Source of the DNA: Rhynchobatus australiae
Taxonomy: Eukaryota
Assembly: GCA_034780895.1 (NCBI GenBank)
Contig: JAUZTB010000062.1
Span: 16,592,366-16,656,365, forward strand
Length of the DNA: 64,000 bases
Direction: 5' to 3'
Shown: positions 53,225-64,000 of the stretch, piece after piece
Layout of the letters: the number at the start of each line of letters is the position of its first letter
How positions within the stretch are numbered: the stretch's first letter is position 1
Notes under the pieces: model-generated
Seen by the model: only the letters and a program-made list of their open reading frames with translations
What the model was told of the DNA's origin: nothing
The model's database searches: none
Position numbers and translations under genes: made by a program

Positions 53225-53855
53225 CGAGAACATAAGAAGAGCATAGATGTAGGCCACTCAGCCCCTCAAGCCTGTCCTGCCATTCAATATGATCATGGTT
53301 GATCTGCCCCAGGTCCCATCTCCTCTTCTGTGTCAGTTCCCATAGCCTGCAATTCCATGATCTTTCTACAATGCATCTGCTTCTTCTGATGATTAGCTTC
53401 CATAACCCTCTGAAGTAGAGAATTTTTGAGATTACCCACCAGCTGTGAGGAGTTCCTCTGCATCTCATTTTTAATTGGCTGCTCATAATCTTGTAACTAT
53501 GCCTCCTTGTTTGAGATTCTTCCACTAGTGGAAGGAATCTGAACCTCTATCCTATTTCTCTTAAGTATTTCAATAAGAAATATAAATTTCTTTAACCAGT
53601 CATGATAGGAATTAGCTTTGTTAATTTATTTTGGACTGCCTCCAATGACAGTAAATCCTTTCTAAATAAGTGTCCAAAACTGTGCACAGTATTTCAGGTG
53701 TAGCCTCACCATTACCCAGAACAATTGTAATAATACTTGCCTCTTTCTAAACTCTAATCCTCTTGCAATATAAAAAACAATATGCCACTTGCCTTTTTAA
53801 CCACTCACTGCACCCACTGGCTAATGTTTTAACCAGTTGTGCACAAGAACATCTA
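53225..53855 (-). mobile_element. CR1 LINE 3' fragment, reverse orientation
   Basis: GTAGGCCACTCAGCCCCTCAAGCCTG...CATTCAATATGATCATGG tail and CCAAAACTGTGCACAGTATTTCAGGTG (reverse of HLKYCAQFW). Confidence 0.8.
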
Positions 53856-54006
53856 GAAAATGGCACCATTGTGGAAGATCAGCTGTGACCTTGATGAATG
53901 GTGGAGCAGACTCGAGGCATCATTGCTGCACTTAATTCTCTTGTTCTTAAATATTTAATTTTGCATTCATTTTCCCAAAAACATGCCGGTTATAATAAAA
54001 ACTTAC

Positions 54007-54117
54007 ATTTAATGTAAAGCATTTCTTTAAGGCCTGAAACTCTTTGGCACACATGTTCTTTCTGAGATCCTGACTCCCTTGAGCATTTGCAGCCACACAT
54101 CTCCCATATGCTGATGC
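54007..54117 (-). CDS. NDUFAF8: NDUFAF8 coding exon 2
   Basis: TTTAAAG acceptor and GTAAGT donor, 111 bp, phase 0. ASAYGRCVAANAQGSQDLRKNMCAKEFQALKKCFTLN completes a twin CX9C motif with exon 1. Confidence 0.92.
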
Positions 54118-55319
54118 CTTTAAATCAAGAAAAGGGAGATGGGATGAGCAGATATACTGTAGAAAATGAGAAATCACTGTGGAAGGAGAGCTGTTATTAA
54201 TACAACTGCACAAATGTTAAAAATCGAAAGTGATGAACACACATAGGATAAGTCAGTCAACAACTATAATGAGCAGGTTAATGTTTTAGATGTAGAACTG
54301 CAGAATGGAAAAATAGCAACATTGTAGTGTGAAAGAAAGAAAACAGGAGGCAACAGCAGATAATCACTGAGGCTTATCTAAATCATGGGATGAACTTCAA
54401 AAACTGTGGCCGAGTTGTGAACAAAGCAGGTAAAATTGTGGAGAAGTAATTAACTGCAGTAATTTGCAACAGTCAGTTGGCGTAAATGTATCAGGGGTGG
54501 GGGGAAGCTCAAGTTACATCAACAAATATGCAGTCTTTTAAAACACTTAACTCATGCTATTAAATCATATTTGCAGAGTGTTTTATCTGAAGAATGAACA
54601 TATTTTCCCCAATACACTTTCCTTGGTTCATTACACTGCACTCCAGGGACAAGACTGGTTTAGTTCACAAGTTGTGTTAAAAAAAACTCAGCTAGTTTTG
54701 AAGTCTGGGATTGGGTGGGCAGATGGCAAGCATCAGGGGCAGCTGAGATGGAAGCCAGAAATCCAGAAAGTGAGAGCAGGTTTGAAAATCCATAACATTG
54801 TAGTTAGGCCTAATATTGATTGGTAATCACAGAGGGAATTAATGGGTTGAATAACTTCAGAATGAAATAAAAGATACCATTAAAGATACCACTTAAGAAA
54901 CTATGTGTCACTGAGAGGGCAAAATACAGTGGAAGAACTAGATCACATAGGAAGTGATTAAAATAAAACTAAGGGTTCTGAAAAAAGAACCGAAAGTGTT
55001 GAAAATACAAAAATTATCACCCATCCCGACAAGAGAAATACTGTTTAACACATGATTGCTTAAGCTATTTTGACACTGAGTAACATGTAGCACCTTTTAT
55101 TTATTGGAAGTTTAATTATTTTAGTGTCTCATTAACTTGCTGTCCAGTAATTAAATCTAGGGAGTCCTCCATGTATTCACCTTAGGCTGTTTCCACTGCC
55201 TCATCGTTATTATCAATGACCCAGCCTCATTGCCTTGAGGTTCAGCAGTGATCCGACCAAGCTCTCTCACTCTCAACCCTGCCACCATCTCTATGCTGTC
55301 AAGCTGTCTTTTTAATGTT

Positions 55320-56125
55320 GATTTGTAAATCACAGAGCCCAGAAACAGGCCTTTCACCCACTGTGTCCGTGCTGACCATCAATTACCCATCGACACTAAT
55401 CCTAATTAACAGCACATACAGTCCCTAGCTTTCTATGCCTTGGCAATTCAAGTGCTCATCTGGATACTTCTTAAATGTTGTGAAAGTACCAGCATCCACT
55501 TTCCACTAAAGCAGTGCATTCCAGATCCTAACACTCACTGGGTAACAAGGTTCCTCCTCATCCTAAAACTATGTTCTCAATTTTTGTAGGCATTAATCAG
55601 ATCACCACCATGCACCCCACTCCTTACTTCAAGGAAAAACAATCTCAGCCTATCCAATCTCACCTCACAAGTGAAACACTTTATCCCAGGCAACATCCTA
55701 GTGAATCTCCTCTGCACCTTCTGCAGTCCAATCACATCCTTCCTACAGTGTGGTTAATAGAACTGCATGCAGTATTCTAGCTGTGGCTTAACCAATGTTT
55801 TGTAAAACTGTACTATAAACTTTCTGATCTTTTAGTGTCCTAATAAAAGTTAGTATGCCATATACCTTCTTCACTGCCTTATCTGCTGTGCTGCTGCCTT
55901 CAGAAATCCTTGGACACATTACTCCCAAAGGGCCCCATCATTCATTGTGTATGTCTTACCCTTATTAGTCCTTCCAAAATGCACTTTGCACTTATCAGGA
56001 TTAAATTCTATCTGCCTTTTTTTTGTCCATTTTACCAGATTAGCCTGCTCACTGTTAACTCCACCACTAATTTTTGTGTCTTTTGCAAATTTACTAATCT
56101 CACTTCCAACATCCATATCTGAATG
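55320..56125 (-). mobile_element. CR1/HER1 LINE (RT end through tail), reverse orientation
   Basis: ORF track 55919-56143 reads ISKFAKDTKISG...QIEFNPDKCKVHFGRTNKGKTYTMNDGAL. The tail is at 55330-55380. Confidence 0.85.
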
Positions 56126-56661
56126 TGTTGTATTTTTCTCCAACTGAAATTCGCAAAAGAGCAGGAGTTATCAATTTCATTTTTTTTTTCCATTTATGAG
56201 ATCTGGCAGTGCTAGCAAGACCAACATTTATTGTCCATCCCCAGGTGACCTTGAGAAGGTCCAGAGAAAATTTATTTTCAGGTGAGGTGTCTGACGTGCA
56301 GGAGAACCTGCAGGTGGCAGTACTCCCATGAGCTGCTGCCCTTGATTTTGCAGACAGTAGAGACGCCGTCACGGTAGCCTCCGTGAGCAACTCCAGTCCA
56401 GCTTGTAGACAGTACGCATGGTTTGTACCCCTCCATCCTCATTCGGAAATGCATTGCTCTTCCTTTATTGCTGATGGGATCTAAATCCGAGAACCCCCCA
56501 CCCCACCCCAACAGCACTGTGGGGGACCTTCACCAGGAGGACTGCAGCAGTTCAGAGTGGCAGCTCCCCACCACATACTGAAGGACAATCGGAGAAGAGG
56601 CAAGAAATGTTGGCCTTGCCAGCGACGCCCAGATCCAGAAAAATGAATGACTGAAAAAAAA

Positions 56662-56786
56662 AGTCCTGATGCAGGGTTTCGACCCGAAACATCGACAATT
56701 CCTTTCCTCCCACAGATGCTGCTCGACCCGCTCCAGCAGATTGCCTGTTGCTCCAGATTCCAGCATCTTTAGTGTCTCATGTCTCA
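56662..56786 (+). repeat. Penelope-derived short repeat with a minimal type I hammerhead-like motif
   Basis: GTC-CTGATGC-A-GGGT-TTCG-ACCC-GAAAC-ATC-GAC at 56663-56696, followed by CCTCCCACAGATGCTGCTCGACC...TCCAGATTCCAGCATCT. Confidence 0.65.
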
Positions 56787-57008
56787 ACTAAAAAAAAGTC
56801 ATCTCAGTCATCCTCCCACCCTACCCTCACCTGCTGCCTCAGTGGTTACTGCTGCACACCCGTGGACCTTCTTTCCGCAAGGGGCACTGAACTATCCCGG
56901 AGCAGGAGAGCTGACAGCGTCCGACACTGCGGGTTACTGGGCCCAGCAGTTGGGGGGGGGGGCAGGGGGACAATCTGGTGCAGCTGAATAAATACAACGT
57001 TCACCCAC

Positions 57009-57089
57009 TTCTTCAGCGCACGCCGCCACGAACTGCGGGAACCTCCTGAGCCTCTCCCTGGTGCGGATCCACACCTCATTCCCCGCCAT
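57009..57089 (-). CDS. NDUFAF8: NDUFAF8 coding exon 1 (complex I assembly factor 8)
   Basis: ACGATGG Kozak context and GTGGGT donor. MAGNEVWIRTRERLRRFPQFVAACAEE matches recalled human MSANGAVWGRVRSRLRAFPERLAACGAE. Confidence 0.92.
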
Positions 57090-57332
57090 CGTCCCGAACT
57101 GAAGCAAAGGATGTACCCCCCCCCCGCCACCGGGCGTCACCAAGGGACCATGCCGCGGCCACCGAGCGACGCGGCGGAATGACGACCTTCCTCCTCCCAC
57201 GAAGCCCGCCCTCCGCCGGCGGCTGATTGGCGGGTGGCGTCATGGCGTGTGGGGTGGGAGGGGACTCTGCGGGCAGCCGATTGGACCAGCGACATGTCAG
57301 TCGGAGGGTGACGTGCGGCCGTGGCGGAGGTG
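57090..57332. promoter_or_regulatory. CpG-island bidirectional promoter of NDUFAF8 and TEPSIN
   Basis: Core of the only strongly CpG-rich stretch in the window, between divergent ATGs. It contains a GC box (CCCGCCC, 57205-57211), two ATTGG inverted CCAAT boxes (57226-57230, 57280-57284), CRE-like TGGCGTCA (57235-57242) and TGACGT (57309-57314), and YY1-like CATGGCG. Confidence 0.8.
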
Positions 57333-57371
57333 ATGGCAACGGTTGGCGAGAAGCTGGCGTTTCTGCAGAGG
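57333..57371 (+). CDS. TEPSIN: TEPSIN (AP-4 accessory protein, ENTHD2) coding exon 1
   Basis: MATVGEKLAFLQR followed by a GTGAGT donor. Recalled human sequence: MAAAPPLRDRLSFLHR. Confidence 0.85.
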
Positions 57372-57768
57372 GTGAGTGGTGGGGGTGACTTCCAGCGGGA
57401 GGGGGCCTGGTCNNNNNNNNNNNNNNNNNNNNNNNNNNNNNNNNNNNNNNNNNNNNNNNNNGACGGAGGGCTGGGAACGGCTGGCTGCCGGCCGCCGCCC
57501 CGACTGGGAGGAGCGAGGGTGCAGCCTCTGGGTGACCGGGGGAAGCGCCTTGGCTCCCACAGACCCTTCTGCGGTGGGTCAAGCACTGCAGCCCATTCAT
57601 GCATGGCAAGATCCCACGGTCACGGCCAGTCAATGTGTTCTGTCACTTGAACATCTTATCCTGGATTCCAACATCACTGAGCACCAGGCTAACACCCAAT
57701 ATGGGAGACACAATATAGGAGATACAAGAGACACATTATGAGAGACACAATAGAGGAGGCACAGTATG

Positions 57769-58065
57769 GGAGACACAAGGAGACTGCAGATGTTGGAATC
57801 TGGAACAACAAACCATCTGCTGGAGGAATTCAGCGGGCCAGGCAGTATCTGTGGGAGGAAAGGAATTCTCCACATTCCAACATCTGAGGTCTCTTGTGTC
57901 TCCATTGTACTGCTCCACTGTGAAGTCTCTTCAAGGTATGCCAATTCCGAAGAAGTTTTCCTTCAGCCCTGATGCAGGGTTTCGATGTGAGACATCGACA
58001 ATTCCTTTCCTCCCACAGATGCTGCTCAACAAGCTGAGTTCCTCCAGCAGATTGTTTGTAACATC
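57769..58065. repeat. Composite palindromic Penelope-derived repeat
   Basis: 57769-57868 is the inverse of 57995-58065 and of 56697-56786. A second decayed hammerhead-like core lies at 57969-57999. Confidence 0.7.
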
Positions 58066-58074
58066 CAACATAGT

Positions 58075-58405
58075 TTTATTGACCAGAGTTCTGAGCCATT
58101 GATTCTGAGATACAAATTTGAAAACTACCATGGTAACTGGAGAATTTAAATTCAAGTATTTCAATAATTCTAGTATTTAAATAAAGACTAGACTCAGTCG
58201 CAACAATCACAAACTTACTCGATTGTTGTAAAACCCTGTTTGGCTGACATGTTGTTTGGCAAAGGGAATTTGTTGTCCTTCTCTAATTTAGGTTTTCTGT
58301 GACTCCAGAGCCACGTATGAACCTTAATTCCCTCTTTGCAATTATGGGCAGACAATAAATGTCTCAGTTACCAGTGTTGTCCACATCCTGTGAATGAATA
58401 AAATA
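58075..58405 (+). mobile_element. MetaSINE-like SINE
   Basis: GATTGTTGTAAAACCC...AGGGAATTTG..GTCCTT...TGTGACTCCAGAGCCAC...CCACATCCTGTGAATGAATAAAA. A further decayed copy lies at about 59480-59712. Confidence 0.6.
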
Positions 58406-60786
58406 ATGGTGGGGGAGTGTGGTTAGAGCAAAATCATGACCGCTAGTAATTATCTTGAAATATTGTAACATTAAGGATAGGTATGAGTGTCTTTCCTGAA
58501 GTTGGCAGATTTAAATTCCTCTGCATGTTCCTGCCCAGCTGTTTGAAATCATCCAATGTGATCTTTTGTATCCACCTGCGAAGGCAGAACACTTAATATC
58601 TATTCTGAAAGATGGAATGTGCCTGTTCCCTCATTCCCACAATCCTCCACTAGAATATCAGCTAGCATTTTTGAGTTCCTATCTCTGTAGTGGGACAAAT
58701 CCACAACCTCTTGATTTCTCTCGTGTAACTCGATGACCTTGCAACGTATCAGGGCTTCTCTAATTCTATCTCCATGTTCTTTTCCCAATTTTGGTTGCTG
58801 TTCCATTGGCATCTATGGTTTCAGCTGTTAAGACCCTTAGCTTTGCAACTATTCCTTACACCTCTGCAGTGTTACCTCCTTTCTGTCTTTATGAAGAACT
58901 TTAATAATGTTTATTTGGTCATTTTATTTGAGGTTCATCCCTGTGAATCAAGTTGGAATGTTTTACTATATTAATGTGCTATACTAATACCCGTTATTAT
59001 TACACAGGTGGCTGCAAATTATCCTATGGCACAACTTGTGCGCACAATAATGATTACAATTCAAAAGTAATTCATTGGTTGTAAAAGACTTGACATTTTC
59101 TCTATTCATACATTAGAATAGTAAATCAACAACATTTTATTAAATTCACTTGCAACCTTAATGTCACTGAGTATTGTACTTGTTAATAGAGATTCATTTA
59201 ACTCTGCAGCACCTCCCAAAGCCTTTGCACTTTAAAGATGGGTTAAATTAAGCAGATGATGGCCCATGAATCATTGCTTAATAATGAATTGCACTTTGTT
59301 TCCTGTATACATTTGCTCAGAGATGCAGCCCCTTGTACTAAAACTTTTAATGTTTTAGGTTATGACAGGTATTCATCCTGGATACAGACAATAATTAACA
59401 AAGAAAATACATATTATTACTTCTCACAATATTGGGGTCTGAGAAATATTTTTAAAAGGTAAGATGGGGAAATCTGGAAATAAAAATAAACAATGTAGCA
59501 GTAAAAAGTGACTGAAGCTGTGGGTTGTCGTTGAAGCTTACTTGGTTCACAAATATCCTGTAGAAAGGAAACCTGCTGTCTTTGCCATTCAGGCTTATCT
59601 GTGACTCCAGTCTCATGGTTGATTTTTATCTTACCTGGGAATGACCCATCAAAGCACTCATTTGTATCAGGGAAGGAATGAGTGACATCACATCCCAAGA
59701 ATGAGTAAAATAAAATGTCACCCTTTGTGCAAAGGTACAGGCTTGAACCCTTGATTTCTGACACAGTGGAAAGAGAGCTATCACCAACCCATGGCCTACA
59801 TTCAACTTTTGCTGTATTAAGAACAGAGCTGATAAACCACCTGTACAAGTTCTTGAACAGATGTATGGATCTGGAGTTTATTTTTCCACATTTGTATCAC
59901 TGCAAAAGCAGAAGTATAACTACTCTAAAAGAATAACACTGCTGTTTATTTTACTGTCCCCATTTGGCTGTAAGCCAATACCCTTTTTGGTTTAACTTTT
60001 ACTCGCCATAGAGAGGAGTAATTTCTAAATGATTTGAATGGCCCATCAAACCTTGTTCATTTACACAGTGAGCAAACTAGAAGGCACAATCAAATTGCTT
60101 TATTTTAAAAATTCCTTTTGACCTAAAGTACTTTGGTATTTTTCCATTAAAATTTGAGATGGAATCATACAAGAGATAAAGCACATAGATAAACACTGAA
60201 TTTAGCAAATTATACTAATTCACTCCGTGAAGGTAACAACATAACCTTTTAATAGATAAGTTTCTTCTATATTATAGGAATAAATTTAGCAATGCACTTG
60301 AAACTCGCTCATGTTGGTGACTTTAAGTATTATTTAAGGCCCATTATCACCTTAGGTTTTGTTCTTCCCTCTGAAATCCAGCAGTTTTCACCAAACAACA
60401 AAATTGTACTTCTTAAGTCACAGATTTTCTTGTTTATCCAGTTGCTGGAGCTTCTAAATTTTTCCCATGCTATATTCCTCCTATTGCTTAGATTTTTGGT
60501 ACCTTCAAATACTCTCTCATTGATTTCTTACTGTCCACAGCTCAAATCACACTTCCAGTTGTGATATAAGATGTGGACACAATCATAGGCAGTTTGTACG
60601 ATTTGCAAATGTATTATAACTTGCTTGACTTTGATCATTTGTAGATCATTAGTGTTTCAGTCTTGCAGAGTAACTGAACATGCCACATCTCAATAACAGA
60701 CATCGTCTGCAACCCTGTTTTTGTGCAAAAGCTGGTTGCTGTATTTAAGCTCCTTTCACCTCCTTATTTTCATTGTTCCTTTCCAG

Positions 60787-60859
60787 CTTCCAGTGCTAAT
60801 GAAAGCAACATCGGATGATGAAATACCATGTCCTGGGTATCTGTTTGAGGAGATTGTCA
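60787..60859 (+). CDS. TEPSIN: TEPSIN coding exon 2 (ENTH domain)
   Basis: TTCCAG acceptor. LPVLMKATSDDEIPCPGYLFEEIV matches recalled human LPILLKGTSDDDVPCPGYLFEEIA. The donor is GTATCCTT. Confidence 0.93.
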
Positions 60860-61614
60860 GTATCCTTGCACATGATTCGTATAGGATTTGTGTAATCCTA
60901 ATATTATTAATTATGAGCATCTGAATGGTTAACTGACTTATTTAGGTTTTACATTGCATTTATGAAATAAAGATTTGGAGTTATCATTATGATGATTATT
61001 AAAGCCTGCAGCTTATAATTCGGAAGGAACTATGTAAAAATATGTGACTAAGAATGAATAATCATTAAAAAACATAAGCCTATGAAATACTGCAGTACAA
61101 TTTGGAAGTCATTCATTTTGCATGATAATCTATACACATGTAAGTAAAGCGATGTTGTACACTACTGAATCCTCAATTTAATTATACAGTAATTGTTATA
61201 AGCACCAGCATTTCTGGAACACATTTTAAGCACTTATCATTTGCAATTGCATCTGAGAACGTTTACTAATTGTAAAACTAATTAGGTTTATGTGGTAATT
61301 TTTATTGTATATTAACATTGTGAGAGACACTAGTTTTAATAAGTGGAGTGTTTTCATGATAATCTGGAAACTAAACCAAAGACAGAAATGTCAGTGTGTG
61401 GTAGTGAATAGGAGCTGTAGTGGCAATAGACAGGAAATGCACTATCATGTTTGTGAATAGAGTGGAAATGTTTGAAAAGTGGTCATCAAATTTTGTACTC
61501 TCATAAAGACTGCTACATAAATAGCAAATACTGGATAAGAAAGCCTAGATCACAAAACTTAAGAAACAGAAACCAATTATTTTTTGTGACTTGGTACTGT
61601 GCAGTCCTCTGATT

Positions 61615-61936
61615 TTAGCAAATCATAACTCAACAGGACATATACAGTAAATGACAGGGACCTCAGGAGTGCTCATTTACAGAGGGATCTTGGGGTGTAA
61701 GTTCGTAGCTCCCTGAAAATGATGACATGGGCTGACAAGCTGCCAGAGACGGTGGTAGAGGCAGATACAATTACAATGTTTAAAAGGCATTTGGACAGGT
61801 AATTGGATAGGTAGGAAATAGAGGCATATGGCCTAATGTGGGTAAATGGGATGAACGTGGTTCAGCATCATGGTTGGCATGGATGAATTGGGCTGAAGGG
61901 CCTGTTTCTATGCTGAACAACTCTGTGACTCTGACT
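61615..61936 (+). mobile_element. CR1/HER1 3' fragment with an internal deletion
   Basis: RTYTVNDRDLRS...QRDLGV joined to TMFKRHLDR and the tail GGGCTGAAGGGCCTGTTTCTATGCTG. Confidence 0.8.
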
Positions 61937-62289
61937 CATTGTTCACGATCTTCGTGTAAATGATCAGAATTTGCATAACACAATCTGTGTATGCTGAATT
62001 TATGCTGAACTTTTCTAGTTTGAACTCTTCAAATAGACAACATGAATTGTATTCCCAATTGAAAAAGTTGCATTGTTCTGAAAATATAATAACCTTGAGC
62101 ATGGCAATGATCATAAAGAGCCACCAAGTGTAATTGTAATAGAAATATAGTGNNNNNNNNNNNNNNNNNNNNNNNNNNNNNNNNNNNNNNNNNNNNNNNN
62201 NNNNNNNNNNNNNNNNNNNNNNNNNNNNNNNNNNNNNNNNNNNNNNNNNNNNNNNNNNNNNNNNNNNNNNNNNNNNNNNNNNNNNCCTG

Positions 62290-62920
62290 TATAACGACAA
62301 TATGTAATTATAATGTGCCAAGGCACTTAAGAGGAGCATTCTCAAAGATTAAGCCACATACAATATTATGGCAGAATAAATGGTTAGGCAAAGAGGTAGG
62401 TTTTAATGAGTATACTTAGAGGAGGATAGAGAAGTGGACAGGTTAAGGGCCTTGATAGGTGAATAGATAACTACTAAATGGTCGACCAATTAAAATCAAA
62501 TGCTTGAAAAAAAGGGGGAAGTTCTGGTGTTTTTGTAGGGTTGAAAGGCTAGAGATAGGGATAACTTAATGAATGGGAGAATATTTTGTGGGGGAGGAAA
62601 AGATAAGAATTTTAAAGTCAAGGTGTTTAACCTGGAGTTATTGTAAGTCACTGAGTACAATGATGTTTGCCAAATAAGGTTTGGTGCAAGTTAGGAAACG
62701 GGCAGTATAAGTTTATAGAACAAAGGAGGCAGGTCAGAAATGTGTTGGAGTGGTCAAGTCTAGAGTTAACGGGTATTAATGAGGGATATGGCAGTGGATG
62801 ATCTGATGCAGAGGTGGAGGGAGAAGTTAAGAAGATGAACGAGGAGATCAGAATAATGGTAGATGTGTGGCTCACAGTTAATCTGGGGTCAGATATGACA
62901 GTGGAGGGGAGAACTTGCAT
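62290..62920 (-). mobile_element. Old L2-like LINE 3' fragment, reverse orientation
   Basis: Purine-rich stretch with AAAGAGGTAGGTTTTAATGAG..TTAGAGGAGG and GTGTTGGAGTGGTCAAGTCTAGAG (reverse of SRLDHSNT, an SRLDYxN-like motif). Confidence 0.6.
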
Positions 62921-63203
62921 CCTAAGCCCTTTATTCCATTATTTCTACTTTTCACATCTCACCCTGCACATCTTTTATCAACCCTCTTAAATTTTCCTTT
63001 CTGGTTTGGTGTTTCTGTGGCTTTTTCTTTGTAAAATGTCCTGAAATGTACTGTGCATCGGAAGTATGGAGCACTGATTGGTGCTGTTTATCTAATTCGA
63101 TTATCTAGCAGAGTGCTCTTGTCTGCGTATGAGAGAAATAACCACACTTATGTGGACAATTCAAGTTTACTGTTTTTTTTTCCATAATTGAATGGAACTA
63201 CAG

Positions 63204-63295
63204 AGGTTTCTCACGAGTCTTTGGGAACTTGTCAGTGCCTACTCGAATACCTGCTGGAGCGACTGCAGAGCAATTCCTGTAATGTCAAACTGAAG
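63204..63295 (+). CDS. TEPSIN: TEPSIN coding exon 3 (ENTH domain); the gene continues beyond the window
   Basis: (K)VSHESLGTCQCLLEYLLERLQSNSCNVKLK matches recalled human KISHESPGSSQCLLEYLLSRLHSSSGHGKLK. Donor GTTGGT. The exon is missing from the ORF track. Confidence 0.92.
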
Positions 63296-64000
63296 GTTGG
63301 TGGTGCTTTCTTTTGAGTTCATGCATTCTTTGCCACTACGGATCAAATACAGTTGTGAAGTTCTTGGTTCTCTGAAAAACTTGTTTGTCTTCATTGATTT
63401 GGAGAACATTTCTGTTTTTCGGAAATGTAGTGCAACAACATGCTGGCACAATGTGATGTTAAATGGGATGGCTGGGGGATGTGGTGGGTGACATGTATGA
63501 TGGTTATAGCATTGCACTGATCTGTCCTCCAACAGATCACCTGGATCATAGGGGTAGAGCTCCAAGAGAGTGTCAGTGGCTCTATGGAACATCAATTTGA
63601 TGTGCTTCCTTAAGCTGCCAGCCTTCATGATGCCTCAATTGCCACCTAGCACTTACTTACCTGTCACCAACACAGTCAGACCATTGCCACTCCCACCAAG
63701 AGCTGCTTGAGACCATTCAGCAAGGCCAGTTATCGTTTCTATCACTGAGAGTCAATAGCCTTGCACTGGTTATGCTGCAGTAATTGGCTAGGAGCACTAG
63801 GCACGTAAAGGCGTGAACAGCAGAGGAACTAAGAGAATTAACTAATGTCCGTACAGTGGTTGACATACTGTGGCTTATAAATTTAGTTTGAAATGTTAAT
63901 TTTATATTGGCTTTTATTTTGCCATTGTGTTCAAGAGGATGCTCTGATGGTCAACAACAACGGGAAGGTAAGATCAAGACCGCTGATGAATTGGGGTTTG

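Larger units (their letters stand above)
60860..63203 (+). other. U12-type (minor spliceosome) GT-AG intron, TEPSIN intron 2
   Basis: 5' splice site GTATCCTT, branch-site-like TTCCATAAT at 63180-63188, and CAG 3' site at 63201-63203 with no pyrimidine tract between them. Confidence 0.85.

Noticed and set aside
56748-57741. Many overlapping ORFs around the promoter
   Set aside because: Stop codons are scarce in the GC-rich island. Only the NDUFAF8 and TEPSIN first exons show homology.
843-62285. Long ORFs made mostly of X (for example 2435-2830, 6749-7357, 12266-12986, 25080-25685, 46325-47099, 52267-52840)
   Set aside because: These are artefacts of translating N-runs. Many gaps abut repeat ends and look like assembly gaps.
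63239-63628. 129-aa minus-strand ORF
   Set aside because: It is antisense to TEPSIN exon 3 plus probable decayed repeat sequence, with no recognisable protein family.

Overview
AT-rich vertebrate genomic DNA from a gapped draft assembly. The repeat complement (HE1-type V-SINEs, CR1/HER1, RTE, Tx1 and Penelope-derived repeats) points to an elasmobranch (shark or ray). Three spliced genes lie in the order and orientation I recall from human 17q25.3. (1) The last five coding exons of SLC38A10 (+, 32878-42628), preceded by more than 32 kb with no recognisable exon. (2) NDUFAF8 (-; exons 57089-57009 and 54117-54007; the short last exon is not certain). (3) The first three coding exons of TEPSIN (+, 57333-63295), head-to-head with NDUFAF8 across a 243-bp CpG-rich bidirectional promoter. 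The most notable signals are a U12-type (minor spliceosome) intron in TEPSIN, several minimal hammerhead-ribozyme-like motifs in palindromic Penelope-derived repeats (two of them bracketing the promoter), a conserved furin-type RRKKR site ahead of the conserved 66-aa SLC38A10 C-terminus, and candidate conserved non-coding elements in SLC38A10 introns. Gene and repeat identities come from recalled homologous sequences, not from a database search. Repeat boundaries are approximate. I see no clear evidence of a wholly new multi-gene system.
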